Source: Bdellovibrionaceae bacterium UBA2316
GTDB lineage: Bacteria > Bdellovibrionota > Bdellovibrionia > Bdellovibrionales > Bdellovibrionaceae
Direction: 5' to 3'
Assembly (NCBI GenBank): GCA_002345205.1
Contig: DDVI01000089.1
Coordinates: 11,008 to 75,007 of the forward strand
DNA length: 64,000 nucleotides
Shown: positions 18,889 through 27,568 of the stretch, piece by piece
Layout: each line of letters begins with the position of its first letter
Position numbering within the stretch: position 1 is the first letter of the stretch
The notes under the pieces: generated by a model
Databases searched by the model: none
Seen by the model: only the letters and a program-made list of their open reading frames with translations
Told to the model about the DNA's origin: nothing
Program-made: the position numbers and the translations under genes

Positions 18889-19898
18889 ATCTACCGGTAG
18901 AAAACTTATACGCAAAATTTGGAGACCCTTATCGCGTCGTCGAGTTTCGCGCATTTTCGTTTAATACGTGCCGGGCCGGTTGCAAGAATTGCTTCTACCA
19001 AAAGACAAATAACGAATTTTATGATTTCCAAAAATGTTATGACCTGGCCGTTGATTTTAAAAAGAATCATTACACCTTAGAAACGTTTTACATTCTTCCT
19101 ACTGACATTTTTGAAAATGATTTTAATTACCGCGTGTTTTACGACGAAAAGTTTAAAAGTGTCGCCAAGCTATTTAACTATATTGGTGTGGCTTCAACAT
19201 TAAGGCATGGTTTCGATGAAAAAATATTTGATTATTTCTTTCATGAATTTCCCGGCCTAAAGATTGAACTTCACGTTAATCTACTAGAAGAAGAAATTGG
19301 AAAACCAGACTACGTACAGTTTTTAAGCCAAACGCTAACGCAGATTAAAACTCAGTACGGCGACCAAATCCTGATAAATCTGGCATTAAACATTGGTTCC
19401 CAGTGGCAGACCGGTCAGTTAAATCAAGTAAAACACTTAGTAAGTGAGTACTCTCAGGATAAAATATTAGAGCTAAATTTTACGTTTATGTTTAACGATA
19501 AGATCAGCTACGCGGAAAAAGCACGCCTAATTGAGAGCAGCTATCCCGTTTTAGAATATTTTGGCAGGGAATTTCAAAAGACCGAGCGACGATTTAATAG
19601 TCGCACTTTGTTGCGTAAGCCATCGATCACATTTAAAAATGATCGCATTTACTTATCGCCAATTATTCCATTTGATGAGTACATCTTTATGGACGAGCCA
19701 GATTTTCAGCTGTCAGAAACTAATTTTGATTCGTTTTTGACGACGTATCAAAAAATTGAAGCTAAAAACATTCCCCAACGTCAGGAATGCCAAAGCTGTG
19801 AACATTTCGAGTATTGTTATGGAAAAGGATTTTTTTCAATTATGAATCATTATAATTTGCCTTGCCTAAAGGTGTGTGGAGGAAAGAATGGCAACTAA
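18885..19898 (+). CDS. Radical SAM-like enzyme, degenerate SPASM/twitch C-terminus ('PTD' subtype)
   Basis: It has a CRAGCKNC (Cx3Cx2C) cluster. The GGE motif is replaced by ILPTDIF. Only a partial C-terminal motif remains (CQSCEHFEYCYGKG), and there is no Cx9-15Gx4C. An ATGA overlap joins it to the upstream gene. Confidence 0.8.
   Translation: MNLPVENLYAKFGDPYRVVEFRAFSFNTCRAGCKNCFYQKTNNEFYDFQKCYDLAVDFKKNHYTLETFYILPTDIFENDFNYRVFYDEKFKSVAKLFNYIGVASTLRHGFDEKIFDYFFHEFPGLKIELHVNLLEEEIGKPDYVQFLSQTLTQIKTQYGDQILINLALNIGSQWQTGQLNQVKHLVSEYSQDKILELNFTFMFNDKISYAEKARLIESSYPVLEYFGREFQKTERRFNSRTLLRKPSITFKNDRIYLSPIIPFDEYIFMDEPDFQLSETNFDSFLTTYQKIEAKNIPQRQECQSCEHFEYCYGKGFFSIMNHYNLPCLKVCGGKNGN
19878..19883 (+). 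promoter_or_regulatory. Shine-Dalgarno (GGAGGA) for the 202-aa candidate substrate ORF
   Basis: GGAGGA lies 4 nt upstream of ATG 19888, inside the 3' end of the preceding rSAM gene. Confidence 0.6.
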
Positions 19899-20496
19899 TC
19901 AAGGTGACGAAGCACAAGCCGCCGATCGCGCCATATTTTTTAATAAGTTTATGAATATCGTGAGACAACCGATACTAGGGGTTGGGGCGGGAAATCCCAA
20001 TGTGGTTTGGTATAGCGGGAATCATCCGTATTCAGGGTATGCATCGGTAGCAAGTCAGCTTGGGCCTAGAACCATAAATCCTGCGCAAACAAACCCCGCA
20101 ACGTTCGTACGAGGCACTAGAATAACATCGGCGCAAATGATGAACGTATTAAATACGTTGCATGGTTTTGCAAATCAGATTACTCGGTTTAGAAATACTA
20201 CTTGGCGATATCGTCGAACTCCAGGGCCAGACAACATTGGCGGCCCCCAGTTTACTGCGCTTCGAAACACCTACCTTTCTACCATTCCAATGCCCTCGAC
20301 CGCAGCATTTCAGGTAGCTCAAGAAATTACGTTTGTTGGCCCAGTGCCGCCGACTGCGCCAAACAGCGCCATCGATGCGTTTATGAATGCGCTTAGAACC
20401 AGTTTAACAAATTTTATTGCCGCTAATCCGGTTCAATTAACAGCCTGCCATGCCTCTTGCCACTCTTCGTGTCATGGGGCCCGAGGAAGAAGGTAG
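19888..20496 (+). CDS. Candidate substrate/precursor protein of the rSAM cluster; 202 aa, Lys-poor, Arg/Ala/Pro/Thr/Asn-rich, C-terminal CHASCHSSCHGARGRR
   Basis: It is an ORF with a strong Shine-Dalgarno, embedded between rSAM genes with overlaps on both sides. It has one Lys in 202 aa against about 16 Arg. Its only Cys residues are the three in the C-terminal CHxS-CHxS-CH motif. The track start GTG 19876 adds 4 aa. Confidence 0.65.
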   Translation: MATNQGDEAQAADRAIFFNKFMNIVRQPILGVGAGNPNVVWYSGNHPYSGYASVASQLGPRTINPAQTNPATFVRGTRITSAQMMNVLNTLHGFANQITRFRNTTWRYRRTPGPDNIGGPQFTALRNTYLSTIPMPSTAAFQVAQEITFVGPVPPTAPNSAIDAFMNALRTSLTNFIAANPVQLTACHASCHSSCHGARGRR

Positions 20497-20498
20497 AT

Positions 20499-21614
20499 TT
20501 GAGTCATTTCAGTAGTGATTTTAACGTTGTTTATCTGCGCGTGGTTCAGGGATGTAATCTGAACTGCACGCACTGCTTTACGTTGGGCAATAAAGATAAG
20601 TACGAGCTAGCAAGCCTAGCGCAAATCACTGAATTCCTTACCAGCATTCGCAAGAATGTAAATCCAAAGGGTGCCGTATTTTATATCCATGGTGGAGAGC
20701 CCTTCTTAGCGCCTAAAGAACATCTTAGAGCCGTTAACGAAATCATTAGATCAACGTTTCCAGATATTAAAATAAATATAATCCCACAAACTAACTTAAT
20801 GTTTAAGGTCGACCAGGAATTTGTAGACTTCATCAACGAAGAATACGCAGGCCACATCGGCGTTTCTTGGGATCATGGTATCCGTTTTCAAACAACGACT
20901 CGGGCACTGGATGAAGACTTATTCTTAAAAAACTTCCGCTACCTAGTTGAAAAGGATATCGAAATGGCCGTCGCCATTACGGTACAGAAGCACCTTTTAA
21001 CCGAAGATCCTATTTCCATTGTTCAAAGACTCGAAGGTGCAAAATCAATTGATTTTGAATTCCTTACGATGTTCGACAAGAAAACGATGGATCTAAAAGT
21101 TAACAATACAGAATGGTCAAAGTTCTACCATCAGATCGTCACTTATTATTCAAATAATAAAACAACTTGGTCACTGCCTCAGGTGGATTTGCTAACAAAG
21201 AGTTACATCGAAAATAAGATTTACCAGTGCAAATGTAACTGCTGTCAGCACAGAACATTTACAATGAATTGCAACGGGACCGTGGGCCTGTGTCCAGATG
21301 AAACTTACGTAGCCCCTATCTCCACAGTAAAAGAAATGGCTAACGATTGGACAAGTTTTAGCACCAAAGCGGAAACTTTATATTTAAGACAACTGGGGCA
21401 AGAAATAAATTCGCTATGTACCCAGTGCGAATTCTTTGATGTATGCGGCGGAAATTGTGAACCGACGTTGTTTTCAGAGAACGACGAAGAATGTCCACTG
21501 TCCAAGCAATCCATCGCATACCAGTTTAATAACATTCAAATATTTCAAAATAAATTACAAGAAGCTAAAGAAAATTTAGTCGAGCTTAGAGAAAGAGGTC
21601 CTTCATGCCATTAA
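20499..21614 (+). CDS. Radical SAM enzyme with complete SPASM domain
   Basis: It has CNLNCTHC, IHGGEPFL, CQHRTFTMNCNGTVGLC (Cx10Gx4C) and CTQCEFFDVCGGNC. The likely start is TTG 20499, 5 nt after GGAAGAAGG; the track has TTG 20457, which overlaps the previous ORF. Confidence 0.9.
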   Translation: MSHFSSDFNVVYLRVVQGCNLNCTHCFTLGNKDKYELASLAQITEFLTSIRKNVNPKGAVFYIHGGEPFLAPKEHLRAVNEIIRSTFPDIKINIIPQTNLMFKVDQEFVDFINEEYAGHIGVSWDHGIRFQTTTRALDEDLFLKNFRYLVEKDIEMAVAITVQKHLLTEDPISIVQRLEGAKSIDFEFLTMFDKKTMDLKVNNTEWSKFYHQIVTYYSNNKTTWSLPQVDLLTKSYIENKIYQCKCNCCQHRTFTMNCNGTVGLCPDETYVAPISTVKEMANDWTSFSTKAETLYLRQLGQEINSLCTQCEFFDVCGGNCEPTLFSENDEECPLSKQSIAYQFNNIQIFQNKLQEAKENLVELRERGPSCH

Positions 21615-22366
21615 AAGCATTACACGAAATTGCACCTGAAAACATACGGAATGTAGGCGTTCCCCTGGCGATCGAACAGATTAAAGAGTTTTTCGAAAAT
21701 AAAAAACTTTTCTTCTTCGTTGATTATGCCCAAAGTAAAATCAAAGGAAATATGTTTCTAACATATCTTTCTAATCTAGATTTACCTTTTGAGATCGTCC
21801 TCAGCGGTGCTTCCAAGCAAGAAACGTTTGATTTAATCAAAATATTTATGGAAACCCGCAATCAAAGCTCGTCCGATATATTAAGACTTACGGTTGCCGA
21901 TATTATTTTAACCCATAAAGGCGTAAACACTGAAAACTGGCTAATGAACCCGGTTTTAAGCAAAGACGATATCAAAGAGTTTATAAGTCAAAATGGCGAA
22001 TTGGTTAAAAAGTGGGATACATTTTTAAGTTCATTAATGATATTTATTTTAAAGTCCTTCACTGCGTTTGAAGAGCAGATAAACACGAGTGAAACATTTC
22101 CTCATTTAAAAGATCCAAATTACATCGGCGGAAACGTCGTGCAATTGTTTGATATACCGTGCTTCTTGGAAATGTTCTTTTCGGTTCCTTATAGCGGCGA
22201 ACTTTTCTATTTCGATGCTCAGTTTGATGAACTTATGTTCAAAGGTAAAAATCTTTTCCATTATTTTTTCTGCCCGGAAAACACCCTAGTTGCTTTTATT
22301 CACGGAGCCGGTTCGGGATCAATTACTCCCGAATTAGCGGAGAAATTTTTTGAGGCTAAAGTCTAA
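21605..22366 (+). CDS. Hypothetical protein (253 aa) embedded in the rSAM operon
   Basis: Both gene junctions overlap (10 nt upstream, TAATG downstream). It has no Cys-cluster motifs. No family recognised. Confidence 0.65.
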   Translation: MPLKALHEIAPENIRNVGVPLAIEQIKEFFENKKLFFFVDYAQSKIKGNMFLTYLSNLDLPFEIVLSGASKQETFDLIKIFMETRNQSSSDILRLTVADIILTHKGVNTENWLMNPVLSKDDIKEFISQNGELVKKWDTFLSSLMIFILKSFTAFEEQINTSETFPHLKDPNYIGGNVVQLFDIPCFLEMFFSVPYSGELFYFDAQFDELMFKGKNLFHYFFCPENTLVAFIHGAGSGSITPELAEKFFEAKV

Positions 22367-23466
22367 TGGATGCCTACTTAGCGTCACGAGAGCTTGCAGA
22401 AGCCTCGCATTTTTATTTGAATATTAACTTTGAAATCCTAAATGGATGCAAATTTAAATGCCGTGGATGCCACGTTGAAAAGAACGCGCAGCAACCCATA
22501 AGCACAGACGAATTTAACGGCCTCTCTAAACTATTGCAAAACTTTGAGCAGAGTTTATATCGACCATTTATCGCTTTCGTGGGTCCGACTGATTTCTTGA
22601 GCGCAGATAATTTTGTCTCGACGTTTGAATCACCCGAAATTATTAAACTTTTCCATCACTTTAAACGCGTTTCATTGCAAACGACTTATTTAGATATCAG
22701 CAAAGCTGAACTAGCCGCAAAGATACTTAAAGAGCACTATTCTGAAATCGAACTAGAAATCAATATTGTCGTCGATCCGGCCCGTATAATGGATGCTAGT
22801 TACCTAAGTATTCTAGAAAAAAATAAAATGAAGTTTATGGAGCTGTTGGAACGTGATGAAGTGCGGACCTTTGGAATTATGAACGTCTATAACTATGATC
22901 AGACTAAAATTCCGGATCTGCTACGCGATTACGATTTTATGCATCAACGTGTTGAACATCTATTTGAAACAACGATTGATTACAATTTCTCTATGGGCCG
23001 CAACAAAGACTTGTCCAATGAGGAATTTTTAGACCTTACATTCCGTATTCGCGACCTCTTCAATAGCTCTATCGTTTCCGATGACAAAGCCGAATACCTG
23101 CGATTTAGCTTTGGCAAGCTCACGGACTCGCTAATCGAGCGCCAGTACAACTATCGCAATGGAAAGCTATACTATTCGCCTTTGCTCTACGAACGATTCG
23201 TTACATTTAAGGATGAATTTGAAGTTCCTGTTACCCAGCATACGGCCCGCGAGATTGAAGAGTACGAAATGAAGGTGCAACTGGAACAGTACGAAGTCGC
23301 CTCCTCTATGGATGAATGTGAATCGTGTACGTTCCTAGGTTCGTGCGTAGACCGAGGCATTTTGTTTCTGATGAACACGTATAAAACTAAAAAATGCCTA
23401 GTAGCAAAAAAGGCGCTATTCGCCGTTAATTCCATGGGGGCGTTGCCCATTAATAATCATGAGTGA
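22366..23466 (+). CDS. Radical SAM-like enzyme, degenerate SPASM C-terminus ('PTD' subtype)
   Basis: It has CKFKCRGC. FVGPTDFL replaces GGE, as ILPTDIF does in 18885..19898. The C-terminal CESCTFLGSCVDRG lacks the fourth Cys and there is no Cx9-15Gx4C. Confidence 0.8.
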   Translation: MDAYLASRELAEASHFYLNINFEILNGCKFKCRGCHVEKNAQQPISTDEFNGLSKLLQNFEQSLYRPFIAFVGPTDFLSADNFVSTFESPEIIKLFHHFKRVSLQTTYLDISKAELAAKILKEHYSEIELEINIVVDPARIMDASYLSILEKNKMKFMELLERDEVRTFGIMNVYNYDQTKIPDLLRDYDFMHQRVEHLFETTIDYNFSMGRNKDLSNEEFLDLTFRIRDLFNSSIVSDDKAEYLRFSFGKLTDSLIERQYNYRNGKLYYSPLLYERFVTFKDEFEVPVTQHTAREIEEYEMKVQLEQYEVASSMDECESCTFLGSCVDRGILFLMNTYKTKKCLVAKKALFAVNSMGALPINNHE

Positions 23467-24511
23467 AAATAGTTTTCTATACCACGTACTAAAAGATAAA
23501 TTACCGATCAGTTCCGAGATCGAGCTGCACCTATTTGATTTCTGCAACTTGCGTTGTACGTTCTGCGGCCAAGATCATGAAAGCAAAGAAGGAATGGAAG
23601 AAATTAGAAACAAAATTCTTCCCGTCCAAGAATTTATCTCTAAAAATACTATCGACAGCCATATTGTTAATATAATGGGCGGTGAAATATTCAATGATGA
23701 AGTTCCCGACCATTTATTTAAAGACTATGAAAATTTAGCCACATCTATTCATGAGCACGCCCAGAGTCTAGGACATCAGTGTACTTTCAATTGGGTTACG
23801 AACCTCGTTTTCAAGAAGTCCCATCGAGTAGAAAACTTATTAACGGCACTTAAATCAAAAGGTATTTCAACGAACCTTTCTACTTCGTATGATTTTTCAG
23901 GAAGAAAAACATCTCTTTGGAAAGAAGACTTATTTAAAGAAAATTTGGAAAAATTCAAAACTAATATTTATACCGTTGGTTTTGTTATGACCAAGCCGAC
24001 CATCCAATTTCTTTTGAATCAAAATGATCCCTATTTTGAATATCTTTACGGCCAATTCCCTATCTATTTTGATTTTTATGTACCAGAAAAAACGGCGCGG
24101 TTTTTAATGCCTTCTGATCAAGATATGCTAGACGCGTACTTATTTTTGGCAAAACGATATCCGAAAGTCAGCCCAGTTAAAGAACTGCTTACCCGCCGAG
24201 AGAATCGCATGACTTGCTACTCCCTGAACAAACTGACTTTGCTGCCATCTGGAAAAGAAGTTAAATGCCGTTATTTGAAATACGAAACTCACGAATTTAA
24301 TAATCCGATCGATTACTCATCAAATGAAAATATCGTTACGGCACATTTGGAAGAAAACGGCTGCCTCAGCTGCGAATGGTTCGAGCGTTGTAGTTTTCGT
24401 TGCTTTGTCCAAGCGGATTGGTCTACTCGCGTGAAGACTCCGGATTGCTTTTTTAAAACGTTTTTCGCAGAAGTGATTGGCGATAAGAATGAGGTCCAAA
24501 CTTGGAATTAA
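23459..24511 (+). CDS. Radical SAM enzyme with complete SPASM domain
   Basis: It has CNLRCTFC, IMGGEIFN, CYSLNKLTLLPSGKEVKC (Cx11Gx4C) and CLSCEWFERCSFRC. Confidence 0.9.
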   Translation: MSENSFLYHVLKDKLPISSEIELHLFDFCNLRCTFCGQDHESKEGMEEIRNKILPVQEFISKNTIDSHIVNIMGGEIFNDEVPDHLFKDYENLATSIHEHAQSLGHQCTFNWVTNLVFKKSHRVENLLTALKSKGISTNLSTSYDFSGRKTSLWKEDLFKENLEKFKTNIYTVGFVMTKPTIQFLLNQNDPYFEYLYGQFPIYFDFYVPEKTARFLMPSDQDMLDAYLFLAKRYPKVSPVKELLTRRENRMTCYSLNKLTLLPSGKEVKCRYLKYETHEFNNPIDYSSNENIVTAHLEENGCLSCEWFERCSFRCFVQADWSTRVKTPDCFFKTFFAEVIGDKNEVQTWN

Positions 24512-25509
24512 TTATTAAACCCACCGAGCTTTGCAATTTCAAATGCACTTTCTGCAGTTCAACTCATTTGGTAGACGATAAACGCACCCAACTGAGCCAT
24601 GAACTCATATTTTCCTTTTTAAAACGCTTTCCTAATACATCTACCATCATTGTAAATGGCGGCGACCCGTTGATGATGAAACCAGACTATTACTGGGAAA
24701 TAATTCGATATTTGGAAGAGCGAAATATGAATACGACTCTTTCCTTTACGACGAATCTTTGGGCATTTTATAAAAATCCAGAGCCTTGGGTAGAGCTTTT
24801 CAAACACCCGCTGGTGGGAATTAACACATCATTCAACTATGGCCAGACACGAAGAATTACCAAAGACCGCGTTTATACAGAGGAAGATTTTTGGAAGGTG
24901 TCTGATTTATTTTTGGAAAAAATCGGTTACCGCCCCTCTTTTATCTCGGTCATTACCGAAGAAAATTTTTCCACTGCGATCGATAATGTTTATTTAGCAA
25001 AAAAAATGAACGTAGAATGTAAACTTAATTATGCTCTAGCCTCTGGTGACCAAGGCTCCTCATTTTTGATGGGTAAAATCTATGAGGTTTACTTGCAAAT
25101 CATTCGGCTTGGACTGACCGAGTGGGAATACAACTCTAAGCAAATTATCAGAAAAAAAAATGCGATATCAACATCGTGCCCACTGAACCGTGCTTGTGAT
25201 GAAACAATCCGATGTCTTCAGCCAGAAGGCGATTATTACAGCTGCGGCGCTTTTGGGGACGATAAACAGTATCCGATCAGTTTCCAAGAGGAAGTCATTC
25301 AAGGGAAAAAGTTTCTTCCATTAAAAGATCAAGCCCCCCTAGCTTATTTAAAAGAAGACTGCCTGACGTGCCCTCTTTTTGAAATTTGCAATGGCTGTAA
25401 GAAAAATATCTCTGATATAAAAAAGTCTAATCGTGTTCAAGAACACTGTTCGGCGATGCAAAAAAATATGATCGAACTCGATGGGCTCGTTAATTATGGA
25501 ATCCATTAG
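24502..25509 (+). CDS. Radical SAM enzyme with SPASM domain
   Basis: It has CNFKCTFC, VNGGDPLM, CDETIRCLQPEGDYYSC (Cx10Gx4C) and CLTCPLFEICNGC (a Cx2Cx5Cx2C variant). The TTG start follows a GAGG. Confidence 0.9.
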   Translation: MELIIKPTELCNFKCTFCSSTHLVDDKRTQLSHELIFSFLKRFPNTSTIIVNGGDPLMMKPDYYWEIIRYLEERNMNTTLSFTTNLWAFYKNPEPWVELFKHPLVGINTSFNYGQTRRITKDRVYTEEDFWKVSDLFLEKIGYRPSFISVITEENFSTAIDNVYLAKKMNVECKLNYALASGDQGSSFLMGKIYEVYLQIIRLGLTEWEYNSKQIIRKKNAISTSCPLNRACDETIRCLQPEGDYYSCGAFGDDKQYPISFQEEVIQGKKFLPLKDQAPLAYLKEDCLTCPLFEICNGCKKNISDIKKSNRVQEHCSAMQKNMIELDGLVNYGIH

Positions 25510-26431
25510 TCTATCGATAAATCCGTCTTACTATTGCAACTTTCGTTGTGATTTTTGCTATCTCAGTGAAGCGCAGTTATCGTCTTCGCAAAGAATTACT
25601 CCGGATGAGTTATACTCACGTTTATTAGAAATTTCGATGCATAGAAAAATCTCGCATATTGATTTATATGGCGGAGAAATTGGAATTTTGCCCAGCAGTT
25701 ATCTGGACCAGATAAAAAAAATAATGCGTTATTTTTACCAAGGCCCAATTAGCGTCATTACCAATTTAAAAGTCATCAACCCTTTTTTTGCGTCCGCGGA
25801 CGTTGATTTATCAGTAAGCTGGGACTACCTTGCGCGCGAAAGCCATGCCGAAGTATATGAAAACATGAAGAAATTAGGTCGGCCTTTCCATGTATTGATG
25901 CTGGCCAGTCGCAAGCTGATCGATATAGACGATTCGTCTCTTAACGTATTGTGGGAAAAGCTAAACGGATTGCCTAATTTGCAGTCGTTAGAAATTAAAC
26001 CGTACTCTAAAAATCCTCATCATCCTCAAGAGGTTTCTTTTATTCAATTTGAAAACTGGGTTAAAAAATGGGTTTCGCAAGTCAATCAGTTTCCATTTGA
26101 ATTTATCAATTTGAAAAAAATAGAAAAGAGCTTATCCGGAAACGTCTCTGCGTGGTCGGATGATCATGTTTATATCACTCCCAGCGGAAAGCTAGCCGTG
26201 CTTGAGTTTGATGCCAATCATAACGAATTCTTTATGCCATTAAATAGTATGGACGAATACTTTGCTTGGACGGATTTAGAAAAACGGAAAATTAACTCGA
26301 ATCAGTATTGCTCTAAATGCGAGTACTTAGGCAGCTGCCTCAGTGAACACTTGCAGGAAGTAGTTACCTTATCTAATTCTTGCAATGGTTTTAAAAATCT
26401 ACTGGATTGGTACAAAAATGAAAGAGCATAA
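25481..26431 (+). CDS. Radical SAM enzyme, degenerate SPASM C-terminus
   Basis: It has CNFRCDFC and LYGGEIGI. The C-terminal CSKCEYLGSCLSEH has His in place of the fourth Cys, and there is no Cx9-15Gx4C element. Confidence 0.8.
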   Translation: MGSLIMESISLSINPSYYCNFRCDFCYLSEAQLSSSQRITPDELYSRLLEISMHRKISHIDLYGGEIGILPSSYLDQIKKIMRYFYQGPISVITNLKVINPFFASADVDLSVSWDYLARESHAEVYENMKKLGRPFHVLMLASRKLIDIDDSSLNVLWEKLNGLPNLQSLEIKPYSKNPHHPQEVSFIQFENWVKKWVSQVNQFPFEFINLKKIEKSLSGNVSAWSDDHVYITPSGKLAVLEFDANHNEFFMPLNSMDEYFAWTDLEKRKINSNQYCSKCEYLGSCLSEHLQEVVTLSNSCNGFKNLLDWYKNERA

Positions 26432-26843
26432 AGTTAAACAATTAGTTTTTAACCGACTTGGCACGTTCGATGATAACTTGAATTCACTAACCTATATTTT
26501 GGCAGAAGATCCAAAAGATATAATCCAGCATGCAGTTGATTACTTTCAGAAGCCTTGCTCTGAATTAATTTATCCTGCGAAATCTTACGCCGTCGCCATT
26601 ATCTACGCACATTTGCTGGAAAAAAACTTCGATGACGAATTCTCCAGTTCACTGGATGATGTCGATCTTTTTTGCGGGAACGACAAGTTTTTTGTTCCCT
26701 ATTCTTCGGACAAGAAGACTTATGATACAATTCTAGAGCGAATTGGATACTCAAATGCATTTGTTTTAAATACTGAATTACCGCAGATTTCAAAAACTGT
26801 ACGGTACTTTCAAAGCGAGTTTCAACTCGAGGTCCTTACCTAG
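26385..26843 (+). CDS. Hypothetical protein (about 141-152 aa), last gene of the rSAM operon
   Basis: The ORF overlaps the preceding rSAM gene. An alternative ATG lies at 26418 (MKEHKVKQ...). No family recognised. Confidence 0.55.
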   Translation: MVLKIYWIGTKMKEHKVKQLVFNRLGTFDDNLNSLTYILAEDPKDIIQHAVDYFQKPCSELIYPAKSYAVAIIYAHLLEKNFDDEFSSSLDDVDLFCGNDKFFVPYSSDKKTYDTILERIGYSNAFVLNTELPQISKTVRYFQSEFQLEVLT

Positions 26844-27544
26844 TTACGTTTAATTTTAAATTCACCATTATTTACTTTAGTAGAAAACGTAAAGCCGCTT
26901 GGAGTTCGGTAGTCACCTAGATAGGTTGCCTGATTATAGTTTCCCTCTAATGTAATTCCACGAGGGACAATAAACGTTACGTTACCTTTTCTTGAAACTA
27001 GATTGTTATCTCCGCGCCCTGACAAAGACGTGTAATCGATAACAACATCGCCATCGTCAATTTCGACTTGCATCGAAGGGGTCGCGCCTTTAAAATCAAT
27101 TTTTGTTTTTTTACCAATAATATCTAATGAACGTCCGTTACCAAAGACTTCGATGCTACCTTCATCCGTTTCTAAAATCGAATCATGAAAATCCCCAGAA
27201 GCCTTTAATTTCCCGCGAGTAATTACTACTTCTGTATCAACGCCAGACGGTAGAGAAATATTAAACTCAAATGGACAATTTAAAGAGTTCTGCGTCTGTG
27301 TAAAATCAATGGTTAGCTCGCGACTGTTCATTTTCGAATTGTATACACAATTGCTAGCCGCTTTTGTTTTATCTACCCTTACTGTCGTTTTACTTCCAGA
27401 CAGAGTATTAAAAGTAATATCGGCCTGGGTTCCAGTAATTTTTATCTTTGATAAATCATTATACTCTTCATCCGCAAAACTCATAAAGGACAAAAATAAC
27501 GTTAAAGAAAAAACAGCTGTATTTATATTTCGAGACAATTTCAT
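26840..27544 (-). CDS. Secreted beta-rich protein (DUF4097/putative-adhesin-like), paralogue of 14655..15395
   Basis: It has a signal peptide (…FMSFADE) and repetitive short beta-strand pattern. Its C-terminal NNGEFKIKRN matches the tail of 14655..15395. Its stop codon overlaps the stop of the convergent 26385..26843 ORF. Confidence 0.65.
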   Translation of the reverse strand: MKLSRNINTAVFSLTLFLSFMSFADEEYNDLSKIKITGTQADITFNTLSGSKTTVRVDKTKAASNCVYNSKMNSRELTIDFTQTQNSLNCPFEFNISLPSGVDTEVVITRGKLKASGDFHDSILETDEGSIEVFGNGRSLDIIGKKTKIDFKGATPSMQVEIDDGDVVIDYTSLSGRGDNNLVSRKGNVTFIVPRGITLEGNYNQATYLGDYRTPSGFTFSTKVNNGEFKIKRN

Positions 27545-27568
27545 AGTATAAACCTATCAGAGCCGAAG

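Noticed and set aside
20458-20484. I considered reading the C-terminal S-C-H-G-A-R as an anaerobic sulfatase-maturase (anSME) formylglycine motif, (C/S)-x-(P/A)-x-R.
   Set aside because: The spacing does not fit: Gly occupies the Pro/Ala position and Ala is one residue late. The protein also has no sulfatase domain. I keep it only as a remote possibility for Cys oxidation chemistry.
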